Shown one piece after another: positions 8,409 to 17,452 of a DNA stretch of 40,102 nucleotides (positions are counted from its first letter, which is position 1; every line of letters begins with the position of its first letter). Position numbers and translations under genes: made by a program. The notes below the pieces were generated by a model. It was not told the origin of the DNA. It was given only the letters and a program-made list of their open reading frames with translations, and searched no databases. The stretch comes from Saprospirales bacterium (GTDB taxonomy: Bacteria > Bacteroidota > Bacteroidia > Chitinophagales > CAMDFR01): contig CANHVE010000003.1 of assembly GCA_947464015.1 (NCBI GenBank), positions 1 through 40,102 of the forward strand, written 5' to 3'.

Positions 8409-9812
8409 GTGAAAGAGAATGATTTATTACATGCAAATACTTACAGAGATAGAGTAAGTACCGTTACAGAAAAAGGAGGAAGAAATTGGGTATATGCATT
8501 AAAACCTTTCGGTAAATGGTATAACTATAGAAAAATATTAGCATACACATATCTAGCAGTTTTCTTTATACTTCCATTTATTAAAGTAAATGGAATGCCT
8601 TTTATGATGATTAATGTGCCTAATGGAAAATTTATTTTATTTTCAAAGATTTTCTGGCCTCAAGACTTTTTCATCTTTGCCATCGCCATGGTGACGTTTA
8701 TTATTTTTATTGTACTATTCACTGTTGTATTTGGTCGATTGTTTTGTGGATGGGTATGCCCTCAAACGGTTTTTATGGAGTTTGTGTTTCGTCCTATAGA
8801 ATGGCTGATAGAAGGTATTCCAACACAACAAAAAAATTTGAACGAATCGGAATGGAACTTCACTAAAATATATAAAAAAGCTTTAAAGCATTTTATTTAT
8901 TTTATGATTTCTTTTGTTATCGCTAACACCTTTTTATCTTATATCTTAGGTTTAGATGAATTAATAAAAATCATTGAAGAGCCCATCAGTCAACACCTAT
9001 CATTACTTTTTGGTTTAATATTTTTTACCTATTTATTTTACGCAGTTTTTGCATTTGTTCGCGATTTGGTTTGTACAACCGTTTGTCCCTATGGTAGATT
9101 GCAAGGGGTAATGTTTGATAAAGACACCATGCAAATAGCCTATGATTATAAAAGAGGTGAGCCAAGAGGGAAATTTAAAAAACATGCAGAACGTAGTGAT
9201 GGCGACTGTATAAATTGTTTAAAATGTGTGCAAGTATGCCCTACAGGTATCGATATTAGAAATGGATTACAAATGGAATGTGTAGGTTGTACGGCTTGTA
9301 TAGATGCTTGTGACGACATGATGGAATCTATTAATTTTAAAACAGGCTTAATCAGATATGCTTCAGAAAACGAAATAAGTACAGGAGAAAAATTTCATTT
9401 TAATGCACGAATGAAAGCATACACTACTTTATTAAGTGTATTGCTTTTAGTGATGATGATTTTAGTTGGTACTCGTCATTCGGTAGATACTTATATTTCT
9501 AGGGTAAATGGACAATTGTATCAAGAACAACCTAATAATAAAATCAGTAATGTGTTTGAAGCTAAAATTATTAATAAGACGAAATCGACCATACCGGTAA
9601 GCTTGAAAGTTGAAAATCTTGATGCAGAAATTAAATTGATTGGTGCTCCACAAATGATATTAAAAGGAGAAGCGATAAATAAATTTACTTTCTTTTTAGA
9701 AGTACCACACAATGAAATTAAAAAAAGAAGTACCACGATAAAGATTGGAGTATATAAAGGCAAAGAAAAAATTCAAACGGTTAGCACCAAGTTTTTAGGA
9801 CCATTTATGTAG
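8409..9812 (+). CDS. ccoG: Cytochrome c oxidase accessory ferredoxin-like protein CcoG
   Basis: GRLFCGWVCPQTVF, CTTVCPYGRLQ, CINCLKCVQVCPTGIDIR and CVGCTACIDAC. Confidence 0.95.
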   Translation: MKENDLLHANTYRDRVSTVTEKGGRNWVYALKPFGKWYNYRKILAYTYLAVFFILPFIKVNGMPFMMINVPNGKFILFSKIFWPQDFFIFAIAMVTFIIFIVLFTVVFGRLFCGWVCPQTVFMEFVFRPIEWLIEGIPTQQKNLNESEWNFTKIYKKALKHFIYFMISFVIANTFLSYILGLDELIKIIEEPISQHLSLLFGLIFFTYLFYAVFAFVRDLVCTTVCPYGRLQGVMFDKDTMQIAYDYKRGEPRGKFKKHAERSDGDCINCLKCVQVCPTGIDIRNGLQMECVGCTACIDACDDMMESINFKTGLIRYASENEISTGEKFHFNARMKAYTTLLSVLLLVMMILVGTRHSVDTYISRVNGQLYQEQPNNKISNVFEAKIINKTKSTIPVSLKVENLDAEIKLIGAPQMILKGEAINKFTFFLEVPHNEIKKRSTTIKIGVYKGKEKIQTVSTKFLGPFM

Positions 9813-9846
9813 TTTTTTTATTAGTAAACATTTAAATCTATTAAGT

Positions 9847-10284
9847 ATGAATTGGGGATATAAAATATTAATTGTTATTATCGTTTTTATAGTTGGAATG
9901 TTAGGAATGGTTGGTTTAGCATTTAAACAAAACAACGAAATGATAGATGCAAATTATTATGATAAAGAAATAGCTTATCAATCATTGATAGATGCTTCTA
10001 ATAATTTAAACCATGTTTCTAAAGATTCTATTTTGATTTTAAATGACCAGGAAGTGATTTGTAGCATTCCTATGCAATTAAATAATCAATTTAAAACAGG
10101 CACGATTGAATTTCTTAAGTCGGATGATATGTCAAAAGACCAAACGATTAAATTTGTACCTAATGAAAAAGGATTGTTTATGATGCCTAAAACTAAATTT
10201 TCGAAAGGAGCATATAAAGCCCGAATTCATTGGATAAACGAAAGCACAAGTTATTACAAAGAACAAACGATAATCATTAAGTGA
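9847..10284 (+). CDS. ccoH: FixH/CcoH family protein
   Basis: MNWGYKI start, a TM helix, then the NYYDKEIAYQ motif; directly after ccoG. Confidence 0.85.
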   Translation: MNWGYKILIVIIVFIVGMLGMVGLAFKQNNEMIDANYYDKEIAYQSLIDASNNLNHVSKDSILILNDQEVICSIPMQLNNQFKTGTIEFLKSDDMSKDQTIKFVPNEKGLFMMPKTKFSKGAYKARIHWINESTSYYKEQTIIIK

Positions 10285-10991
10285 TTCAAGAGCTATTATT
10301 GGTCATATTTTCAGGCTTCTCTATAGGGATCATAGGAAGTTTTCATTGTATTGGTATGTGTGGCCCTATTGCCCTTTCATTGCCTGTCAACCAATATACA
10401 GCAAGCAAAAAAATACTTAGCATTTTATTATATAATTTAGGTAGAGCAACTACCTATGCTCTCTTAGGTATTATTTTTGGGATTCTTGGTCAAAGCTTTG
10501 AATTATTTAAATTGCAACAATATACTTCCATCTTTGCAGGAGTTTTTATATTATGGATTGTTTTATTCTCTTCTAAAAAAGCACTTCAAATACCTTATAT
10601 ATCAAGGTTTTCAATTAAAATAAAAACAAGCTTAGCGAATGTGTTGCGAAGCGAAAAAACAAGTTTTTCTTATTTTACTATTGGCATACTCAATGGTTTT
10701 TTACCCTGCGGTTTAGTTTATGTAGCTATTGCCGCAGCCGTAGCAACAGGATTTATCTATAAAAGCGCTTGGCTAATGTTTGCATTTGGGTTAGGCACTA
10801 TGCCTCTGATGATACTTACCATGTCTTTTGGCAAATACATTTCATCTAACCTTAAAAACAAAATGAATAGCATCAGTCCTTATTTAATTATGCTCGTTGC
10901 AGTTCTTCTTATATTACGTGGATTAAACTTAGGAATTCCTTATATTTCTCCAAAAGAAGTAGGCACACAAAAAACATGTTGTCATAGTTAA
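10281..10991 (+). CDS. DsbD_2 / TauE-SafE-like membrane protein of cbb3 assembly clusters
   Basis: GSFHCIGMCGPI, YNLGRATTY, LNGFLPCGLVY and FGLGTMP. Confidence 0.88.
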   Translation: MIQELLLVIFSGFSIGIIGSFHCIGMCGPIALSLPVNQYTASKKILSILLYNLGRATTYALLGIIFGILGQSFELFKLQQYTSIFAGVFILWIVLFSSKKALQIPYISRFSIKIKTSLANVLRSEKTSFSYFTIGILNGFLPCGLVYVAIAAAVATGFIYKSAWLMFAFGLGTMPLMILTMSFGKYISSNLKNKMNSISPYLIMLVAVLLILRGLNLGIPYISPKEVGTQKTCCHS

Positions 10992-11034
10992 GGATCATCT
11001 AACAGCTAAAAATAGTTATTGAAAGAATACACAT

Positions 11035-11064
11035 AAAAAACCCATCTATCAGATGGGTTTTTTT
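11035..11064. terminator. Bidirectional intrinsic terminator between the cco operon and dnaJ
   Basis: A6-CCCATCT-ATC-AGATGGG-T7 between convergent genes. Confidence 0.9.
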
Positions 11065-11080
11065 ATGAATTTCAGTTTGC

Positions 11081-12247
11081 TTATCCAAAAACATTTTTCA
11101 TTTTCTCAAAAAAACTTTTTTCAGATTTATCTGGTGCGGGTTGAAAGTTTTTAGAAGCATTTAATTTTTCTAATGTTTTCTTTTCCTCATCACTAAGATG
11201 TTTTGGTACCCAAATATTAATATAGATTAATTGATCTCCTTTATGATATGAATTCACCGCAGGAAATCCTTTTCCTTGTAAACGTAATACCTTACCAGGT
11301 TGTGTGCCAGCGGGTATTTTCACTTTAGCTTTTCCATCTATAGTAGGTACTTCTACAGAAGTGCCCAAAGCAGCATCTGAAAAAGAAATATATAAAGGAT
11401 AAATAACATTATCATTATCACGGATTAATTCTGTATGCTTTTCTTCTTCAATAGCAATAATTAAATCTCCTGGAGCGCCTCCTCTTTGGCCAGCATTTCC
11501 TTTACCACTCATGCTTAATTGCATACCTGCAGAAACACCCGCAGGAATATCTACAGTGATAGTTTCTTCGCCATATACAGAGCCATTTCCATTACAACTT
11601 CCACATTTTGCACTAATCGTTTGACCTTCGCCATTACAGGTAGGACATGTAGTAGTAGTTTGCATTTGACCTAAAAAAGTATTCGTAATTTTACGTACAG
11701 CTCCAGAACCTCCACAGGTATTACATTTATGAAAAGAGCTTGCATCTTTTGCTCCTAATCCATTACAAGTACCACAAGCAACATTTTTCTTTACTTTAAT
11801 AATTTTTTGAACACCATTAGCAATATCTTTTAAAGTAAGAGTTACTTTAACGCGTAAATTTGAACCTCGAACCCCTCTATTTCTAGTACCTCCACGGCTT
11901 CTTCCTCCACCAAAAAACGATTCAAAAGGATCTCCCCCTCCAGCACCACCACCAAAAATATCGCCGAAATGACTAAAAATATCATCCATATTCATCCCAC
12001 CACCATTAAAGCCACCATTTGCATCAAATGCCTGATGCCCATATTGATCGTATTTTGCTTTTTTATCGGCATTCCCTAATACATCATAAGCTTCAGCCGC
12101 TTCTTTAAATTTGTCTTCAGATTCTTTATTATCTGGATTTCTATCAGGATGGAATTTTAAAGCCGTTTTTCTATATGCTTTTTTAATTTCTTCTGCCGAA
12201 GCATTTCTGCTTACACCTAAAACCTCATAATAGTCTTTCTTTGCCAT
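11081..12247 (-). CDS. dnaJ: Molecular chaperone DnaJ
   Basis: J domain with HPD, G/F-rich linker, four CxxCxGxG zinc-finger repeats and the C-terminal domain. Confidence 0.98.
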   Translation of the reverse strand: MAKKDYYEVLGVSRNASAEEIKKAYRKTALKFHPDRNPDNKESEDKFKEAAEAYDVLGNADKKAKYDQYGHQAFDANGGFNGGGMNMDDIFSHFGDIFGGGAGGGDPFESFFGGGRSRGGTRNRGVRGSNLRVKVTLTLKDIANGVQKIIKVKKNVACGTCNGLGAKDASSFHKCNTCGGSGAVRKITNTFLGQMQTTTTCPTCNGEGQTISAKCGSCNGNGSVYGEETITVDIPAGVSAGMQLSMSGKGNAGQRGGAPGDLIIAIEEEKHTELIRDNDNVIYPLYISFSDAALGTSVEVPTIDGKAKVKIPAGTQPGKVLRLQGKGFPAVNSYHKGDQLIYINIWVPKHLSDEEKKTLEKLNASKNFQPAPDKSEKSFFEKMKNVFG

Positions 12248-12296
12248 CTTTTATTTTTTATTACTTCTAGCTAAGCTTGATTTAATTTTTATTTAA

Positions 12297-12878
12297 TTAC
12301 TTTCCTACAACTACTTTAGCGTATCGAACTATTTTTTCATTCAGGTAATAACCTTTCTCAACTTGGTCAATTACTTTTCCTTTCATCTCCTCATTTGGAG
12401 CAGGAATTTCAGTTATAGCTTCGTGTTTTTCAACATCAAAAATTTCTCCTATTGCATCAAATCCCTTCAAGCCTTTGTTTTCAAGGGTACTCACAAATTT
12501 AGTATACACCAATTCTAAACCGGCTTTGATACTTTCGATGTCTTGCGACTCTTTAAAGGCTTTCATAGCTCTTTCCATGTCGTCTGCCACTGGAATCAAT
12601 GCTGACATTATTTCCTTTCCAGCACTTTGTATCGTGTCGTTTCTCTCACGTGCACTTCTTTTTTTATAATTATCAAAATCAGAAAAAAGTCGTAAATATT
12701 TATCTTTTTGTTCTTCTACCTGTTTTTCTAATAATGCAATCTTTTCTACCAAAGGGTTGCTCTCGTTTGTAGTTGTCGAATTGTCTTCAGTGTTAACGGT
12801 TGATTCATTACCATTGTTTTCTGCAGAATCTCTAATCTCTTCATTCATACCTATAAAATTCTTTATTTTATTAATCAT
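12297..12878 (-). CDS. grpE: Nucleotide exchange factor GrpE
   Basis: YLRLFSDFDNYKKR, FDVEKHEAI and GYYLNEKIVRYAKVVVG. Start uncertain (12887, 12878 or 12848). Confidence 0.95.
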   Translation of the reverse strand: MINKIKNFIGMNEEIRDSAENNGNESTVNTEDNSTTTNESNPLVEKIALLEKQVEEQKDKYLRLFSDFDNYKKRSARERNDTIQSAGKEIMSALIPVADDMERAMKAFKESQDIESIKAGLELVYTKFVSTLENKGLKGFDAIGEIFDVEKHEAITEIPAPNEEMKGKVIDQVEKGYYLNEKIVRYAKVVVGK

Positions 12879-12892
12879 TTTGCACATACTTT

Positions 12893-12909
12893 AGCAAATA
12901 ATAAGCCAA
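12893..12909 (-). promoter_or_regulatory. sigma54-like -24/-12 promoter motif upstream of grpE-dnaJ
   Basis: Minus strand reads TTGGCTTATTATTTGCT, with exact GG-N10-GC spacing and TTGC at -12. Confidence 0.5.
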
Positions 12910-12933
12910 GCCAATTCAGCGACATTATGGCAT

Positions 12934-12957
12934 AAAAAAGCCCCATTTACATGGGGC
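12934..12957 (-). terminator. Intrinsic terminator after the ABC binding-protein gene
   Basis: Minus strand GCCCCAT-GTAA-ATGGGGC-TTTTTT. Confidence 0.85.
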
Positions 12958-12964
12958 ATATAAT

Positions 12965-14725
12965 TTATTTTAAGGCTTTATGTTTGCACAACAACTCATC
13001 AAATCCAGGTCTTGAAGCAAAAGATTCTATATCAAAACGCTTATTTAAAATCAAGCGATTTTTGGGTTGATATAAAAAGATATAAGGGATTTCATCATGA
13101 ACTATTTTTTGAAATTCAAAAAAATAGGCCTCACGTTTAGTTTCATCTAATTCTGTTCGTAATGCATCAATAACTGCATCGCTTTTTTGATTACCAAAGC
13201 CCACATAATTACTTCCGCCATTACTATATGATTTGGTATGCCAAATTTGTATAGGATCATCATTAATAGGATCTCCAACCCATCCGCCAATCATTAAATC
13301 AAAATTATGCTTTTTAGTTTCGTCAATAAAAACAGTCCATTCCTTAACAACAGGATTAATATCAATGCCGGCTAGCTTTGCTCTTTCTTTCACTAATAAA
13401 GCAATTTTTTCACGCGTATCATTTCCTTTATTAAACTTCATGTTGAACGACAAACTGGTTTTGCTACCATTAATTACTTTATCTCTGATACCATCACCAT
13501 CAGTATCTATCCATCCTGCAGCAGTTAGCAGTTGTTTCGCTTTTTCTATATCAAATGCATAAGCAGTTAAAGACTTATCATAATATTTTTTAGCAGGTTG
13601 GATAGGTCCATTCATCGGGTCGCCTAAATCATACAATAAGGAATGAATAATTTGTTTCACATCTACACAATGTGCCAAGGCTTTACGAACATTTAGGTCG
13701 GCCAAGCGCTCATCTTTACAATTAATTCCAATGTATACATAAGATAATTCCATAGGTGTTGCAAATTCAAATTGTTTTTTCATTTGCTCATCTTGCATAT
13801 CCGTAATATATGTTTTAGGACTCATCCCGTGTACAATATCTATACTATTATTTCTTAAAGAGGAATTTACAGAAGCCCAATCATTAATAATTTCATAGGT
13901 AATTTTATCTGGATAAGCTTTAAATCCTGCTTTATCACCCCACCAATCCTTTTTTCTAGATAATATAATTCGTTGAGAGGTAACCCACGATTCAAATTTA
14001 TATGGACCATTCCCTACAACCCCTTCTTTTTCTCGCTGATACTTTTCACTATTAAATTCTTTTGCAAAATTTTGATGCACTTCACTGCTCTTAAATCCAG
14101 CAAAGTTTTTTTCATTATTAATTTCTTTTACTGTGATATTTTTCATTAAACCTTTAGGGTCGAAGTGCTTTTCTTGAATCACAAATATAGAACCAGATAC
14201 AAATGCAGCTAAATAATACTTAATGGGTGTAAAGACAGTAAACTTTCTTGGATTACTTGGATCTATTTGAACTTCTTTGATAAATTCAATAGTGGTTCTA
14301 CCTTGTTCATTATCTACTAAAGGATGTAATAATGTTTTGTATGTAAAGTCTACATCACTTGCTAATACAGGCGATCCATCATCCCATTTAGCATCTGGAC
14401 GAATTTCAAAAGTGATAGCCAATCCACCTTTATATGCACCTTCTGTAATTTCAGTTACTGTAGGTAAAGCTACAGCTAGCTCAGGGGTCATGTTCATCGT
14501 TTTTTTATCTACATCTATTAACTTCATAAAAATCATATCTTCAATATAGGTGGCATCTGCACTTGTAGAAGTAGAAGGATTTAACTTGTCTGGATCTGAT
14601 AAATCATGAACCACTAATTCGTTTTTGCCAAATTCTGTATTGCTTTTTTTGTTCCCACAATGACATCCACTTAGAATAAATAATGTTACGATTAACGTAG
14701 AATAAAAATAATTTTTTAACATCAT
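12965..14725 (-). CDS. Peptide/nickel ABC transporter substrate-binding lipoprotein (SBP family 5)
   Basis: Lipobox LSGC; FEIRPDAKWDDGSPVLASDVDFT, VGNGPYKF, VRKALAHCVD and GWIDTDGDGIRDK. Confidence 0.9.
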   Translation of the reverse strand: MMLKNYFYSTLIVTLFILSGCHCGNKKSNTEFGKNELVVHDLSDPDKLNPSTSTSADATYIEDMIFMKLIDVDKKTMNMTPELAVALPTVTEITEGAYKGGLAITFEIRPDAKWDDGSPVLASDVDFTYKTLLHPLVDNEQGRTTIEFIKEVQIDPSNPRKFTVFTPIKYYLAAFVSGSIFVIQEKHFDPKGLMKNITVKEINNEKNFAGFKSSEVHQNFAKEFNSEKYQREKEGVVGNGPYKFESWVTSQRIILSRKKDWWGDKAGFKAYPDKITYEIINDWASVNSSLRNNSIDIVHGMSPKTYITDMQDEQMKKQFEFATPMELSYVYIGINCKDERLADLNVRKALAHCVDVKQIIHSLLYDLGDPMNGPIQPAKKYYDKSLTAYAFDIEKAKQLLTAAGWIDTDGDGIRDKVINGSKTSLSFNMKFNKGNDTREKIALLVKERAKLAGIDINPVVKEWTVFIDETKKHNFDLMIGGWVGDPINDDPIQIWHTKSYSNGGSNYVGFGNQKSDAVIDALRTELDETKREAYFFEFQKIVHDEIPYIFLYQPKNRLILNKRFDIESFASRPGFDELLCKHKALK

Positions 14726-14772
14726 AGATTATGATTAAATAAGAAATAATAAAAATTAAAGATAGGCTGTTT

Positions 14773-16062
14773 TTAGCTCAATTTATTATGCCATACATAA
14801 GATAAACGATCGAAAAATTTAGATATCAAACGTTTTTTAGATGTAATGATTTCAGCTTGACCTTGCATATCAATTTGCATATCAATTTTTTTGTGATACG
14901 AAGTGGTGCCATTATTAATTAACTCAGCTTCTACTATGTATTTGCCATCCACAGGAACTGTAGAAATATTAGTAATACGAGCTTCTAAAGTACCATATTC
15001 TTGATATGGATAATTATCTAGTTTTACTAAAACAACCTGACCTGTTTTTACTTTCCCTGCATTCGTTGTAAGTAAATTCATTTTTGCAGTATAGTTTGCT
15101 TTTTCTTTTAATACCGAAAAAATTACTTTCCCTGCTTCAACAAATTGATTTTCATTTCTAATATTTCCTAATGAAACATGTCCTTTACAAGGCGAACTAA
15201 GTAAATAACTATTTTTCCATAATTGAATTTTACTTTTCATGTTATTAATATTATCAGACAAGGCTAATTCTTTGCTTAATTGAGTAGAATTATCGGTATT
15301 AATAACTTCTTTTTGTTGTTGTTGTATACTAATCAAACTCATATTACCGCTTGATATATTAGCCGACAATCCTTCCACTTGATTGTTTAACGCATTTACA
15401 TGAGATTGAGATTCTTGATATTCTCTATTAGATATAATTCCTTTATTGAATAATACAGCGTCATTTTTTAATTTAGATTGTGCAGCAGCTAATTCGGATA
15501 ATAAATTGTTTAATTGATTTTTATATGTATTATTTAAAGCTTTTTGATAGTTGGTGTTTTCATTTAATTTCGAAATTTGAAAACTTTTAAAATTGGTACC
15601 ATTATACAATTTAATTTCTTCTATAGCATTTAAAAACTGAGAATAATCATTTTGTATTTCGCCCATTTGTAAACTTTTATCAAAACGGATTTGCTCTACA
15701 TTTTTTAAAATGGTAGTACTTGATAGAATTTTTTCAACAGCTAGTATATCATTGTAATTAGCCGTGTTTTCAATAACAGCTAAGATTTGTAAACTATCTA
15801 CATTATCATTGTCTTTAACTAATAACTTGACTAGTTTTCCACTTGTTTTCACAACTATAGGCGTTGGAGGAATATTTGTAGTTATTAGTACAGGAGCACT
15901 TACTACATCAGGATATTTAATAAAGTAACTAAAAAGTAGAATACCTATTAAAATCAATAGGATGACAAATGAACCATACTGTACCAACCAACCTGGTGGT
16001 CTACCAATTAAGTCTTGAATTTCATTACTTCGTAAGTGAATCTTTGTTTTTTGCTCTTCCAA
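14773..16062 (-). CDS. HlyD family membrane-fusion (secretion adaptor) protein
   Basis: LRSNEIQDLIGRPPGWLVQYG start, single TM helix, long coiled coil, and GKVKTGQ-x-V-x-VKLDNYPYQEYGTL; TTG start. Confidence 0.88.
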   Translation of the reverse strand: MEEQKTKIHLRSNEIQDLIGRPPGWLVQYGSFVILLILIGILLFSYFIKYPDVVSAPVLITTNIPPTPIVVKTSGKLVKLLVKDNDNVDSLQILAVIENTANYNDILAVEKILSSTTILKNVEQIRFDKSLQMGEIQNDYSQFLNAIEEIKLYNGTNFKSFQISKLNENTNYQKALNNTYKNQLNNLLSELAAAQSKLKNDAVLFNKGIISNREYQESQSHVNALNNQVEGLSANISSGNMSLISIQQQQKEVINTDNSTQLSKELALSDNINNMKSKIQLWKNSYLLSSPCKGHVSLGNIRNENQFVEAGKVIFSVLKEKANYTAKMNLLTTNAGKVKTGQVVLVKLDNYPYQEYGTLEARITNISTVPVDGKYIVEAELINNGTTSYHKKIDMQIDMQGQAEIITSKKRLISKFFDRLSYVWHNKLS

Positions 16063-16171
16063 TATTATTGATTTAAATGCACACCAAAGCTATTTATAAT
16101 AATTGTAAGTAAATCAAAGCCTCTGATAATCTTCTTAACAAACTAGCGTGTATTGCAGTATAATCAATACA

Positions 16172-16813
16172 CTAATCTAGTTTCCGTTTGATACTACAAC
16201 CAACAGGTTTCGTTTCTGAAGGATTGATTTTTGTTTCTGCAACTAATGCAGTTATGGCGTCGATTAAATAAGATTCTTTTACTTCCGCGGCATTTTCATA
16301 ATTATCATCAATAGCTCCTTTATAAACTAAATTGTATGATTTATTAAAAAGAAAGACATGTGGAGTTGTTTTGGCTCCAAATGAATTTGCCATTACGGAG
16401 TTTTTATCTAATAAATAGGGCCAAGTATATTTATTATCGGTAGCTTTTTTTTGCATCAATTCATAACTATCATCTCCCTCTCGTTTCATTTCATTCGAAT
16501 TAATCATCACCATACCGATATTAAATCTATCACACATGCTTTTAATCAAAGGATAACGACCTTCCCATTTCAATACAAAAGGACAAGTATTGCTTGAAAA
16601 GATCACTAATAATCCATTGCTTTTGGCATGGCTGATTAAATCGCTTTCTTTTCCATCAACACCTTTCATCAAGCCTTTGCCCGAAGGAATTTTGCTACCT
16701 ATGGCAATGGTGGGAAATTTTTCGGTTTCGGTGTTATTGCCCTGAAAGCTATATAAGCCCAAAGAAAGAAATAAGAAACTAATACTTAGAATATAAAAAA
16801 TTGATTTTTTCAT
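16172..16813 (-). CDS. Secreted thioredoxin/peroxiredoxin-like redoxin
   Basis: Signal peptide; FSSNTCPFV, FGAKTTPHVFLF, YKGAIDD and VGCSIK. Confidence 0.85.
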   Translation of the reverse strand: MKKSIFYILSISFLFLSLGLYSFQGNNTETEKFPTIAIGSKIPSGKGLMKGVDGKESDLISHAKSNGLLVIFSSNTCPFVLKWEGRYPLIKSMCDRFNIGMVMINSNEMKREGDDSYELMQKKATDNKYTWPYLLDKNSVMANSFGAKTTPHVFLFNKSYNLVYKGAIDDNYENAAEVKESYLIDAITALVAETKINPSETKPVGCSIKRKLD

Positions 16814-16952
16814 TTGATATTTGAATTAAGTTTTAAAAATAGATAAATTATAAATGAAACGACTAAATAACTAAAGCGTTTTATTCTTAAATTGTTTAAT
16901 ATTCGTTGAATTCATTTAACTTTGGTTTTTATATAAAAAGAGCTTTACCTAA

Positions 16953-17438
16953 ATGAAATATTTCTTCTTACTAATTACTTGTATTTCTTTCTCCTATTTC
17001 TTAGTGTCGTGCAACGATACGGCTGTGTACGACGAATATAAAAACATCAAAAACAATTCGTGGGATTATAGCGATTCGTTAAAATATGAAGTAGATATTA
17101 AAGATACAGCTACACATTATAGTTTATTTGTGAATGTGCGACATAATTTTTATTTCGATTGGAGAAATGTTTGGGTAAAAATAATAACGGTTTATCCAAA
17201 CAATAAAATGGAAGTAAGCTCCGTGAATTTGCCTTTAAGCGAATCTGATGGTAAATGGTTTGGCAAGTGTAGTGGCGACATATGTGATATAAGAATTGGT
17301 ATACAACAAAATGCAGTTTTTCCTCAAGTGGGCAAATACAAATTTATTATTGTTCAAGATATGCGACAAAATCCCTTGCCTAAAATTATGGATGTAGGAT
17401 TGAGAGTGGAGAAGTATAAGGTTACTAAAGCACAATAA
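16953..17438 (+). CDS. gldH: Gliding motility lipoprotein GldH
   Basis: Lipobox LVSC; DGKWFG, FPQVGKYKFIIVQDMR and C-terminal DVGLRVEK. Confidence 0.85.
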   Translation: MKYFFLLITCISFSYFLVSCNDTAVYDEYKNIKNNSWDYSDSLKYEVDIKDTATHYSLFVNVRHNFYFDWRNVWVKIITVYPNNKMEVSSVNLPLSESDGKWFGKCSGDICDIRIGIQQNAVFPQVGKYKFIIVQDMRQNPLPKIMDVGLRVEKYKVTKAQ

Positions 17439-17452
17439 GTTTAAATTTAATC

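Noticed and set aside
11860-12030. Repetitive CCA/CCT-rich stretch
   Set aside because: It encodes the Gly/Phe-rich linker of DnaJ.
13480-13515. DxDxDG calcium-binding-like motif in both SBPs
   Set aside because: Common in this SBP subfamily.
16148-16172. GTGTATTG-N9-CAATACAC hairpin after the redoxin gene
   Set aside because: AT-rich 8-bp stem with no clear U-tract; too weak to call as a terminator.
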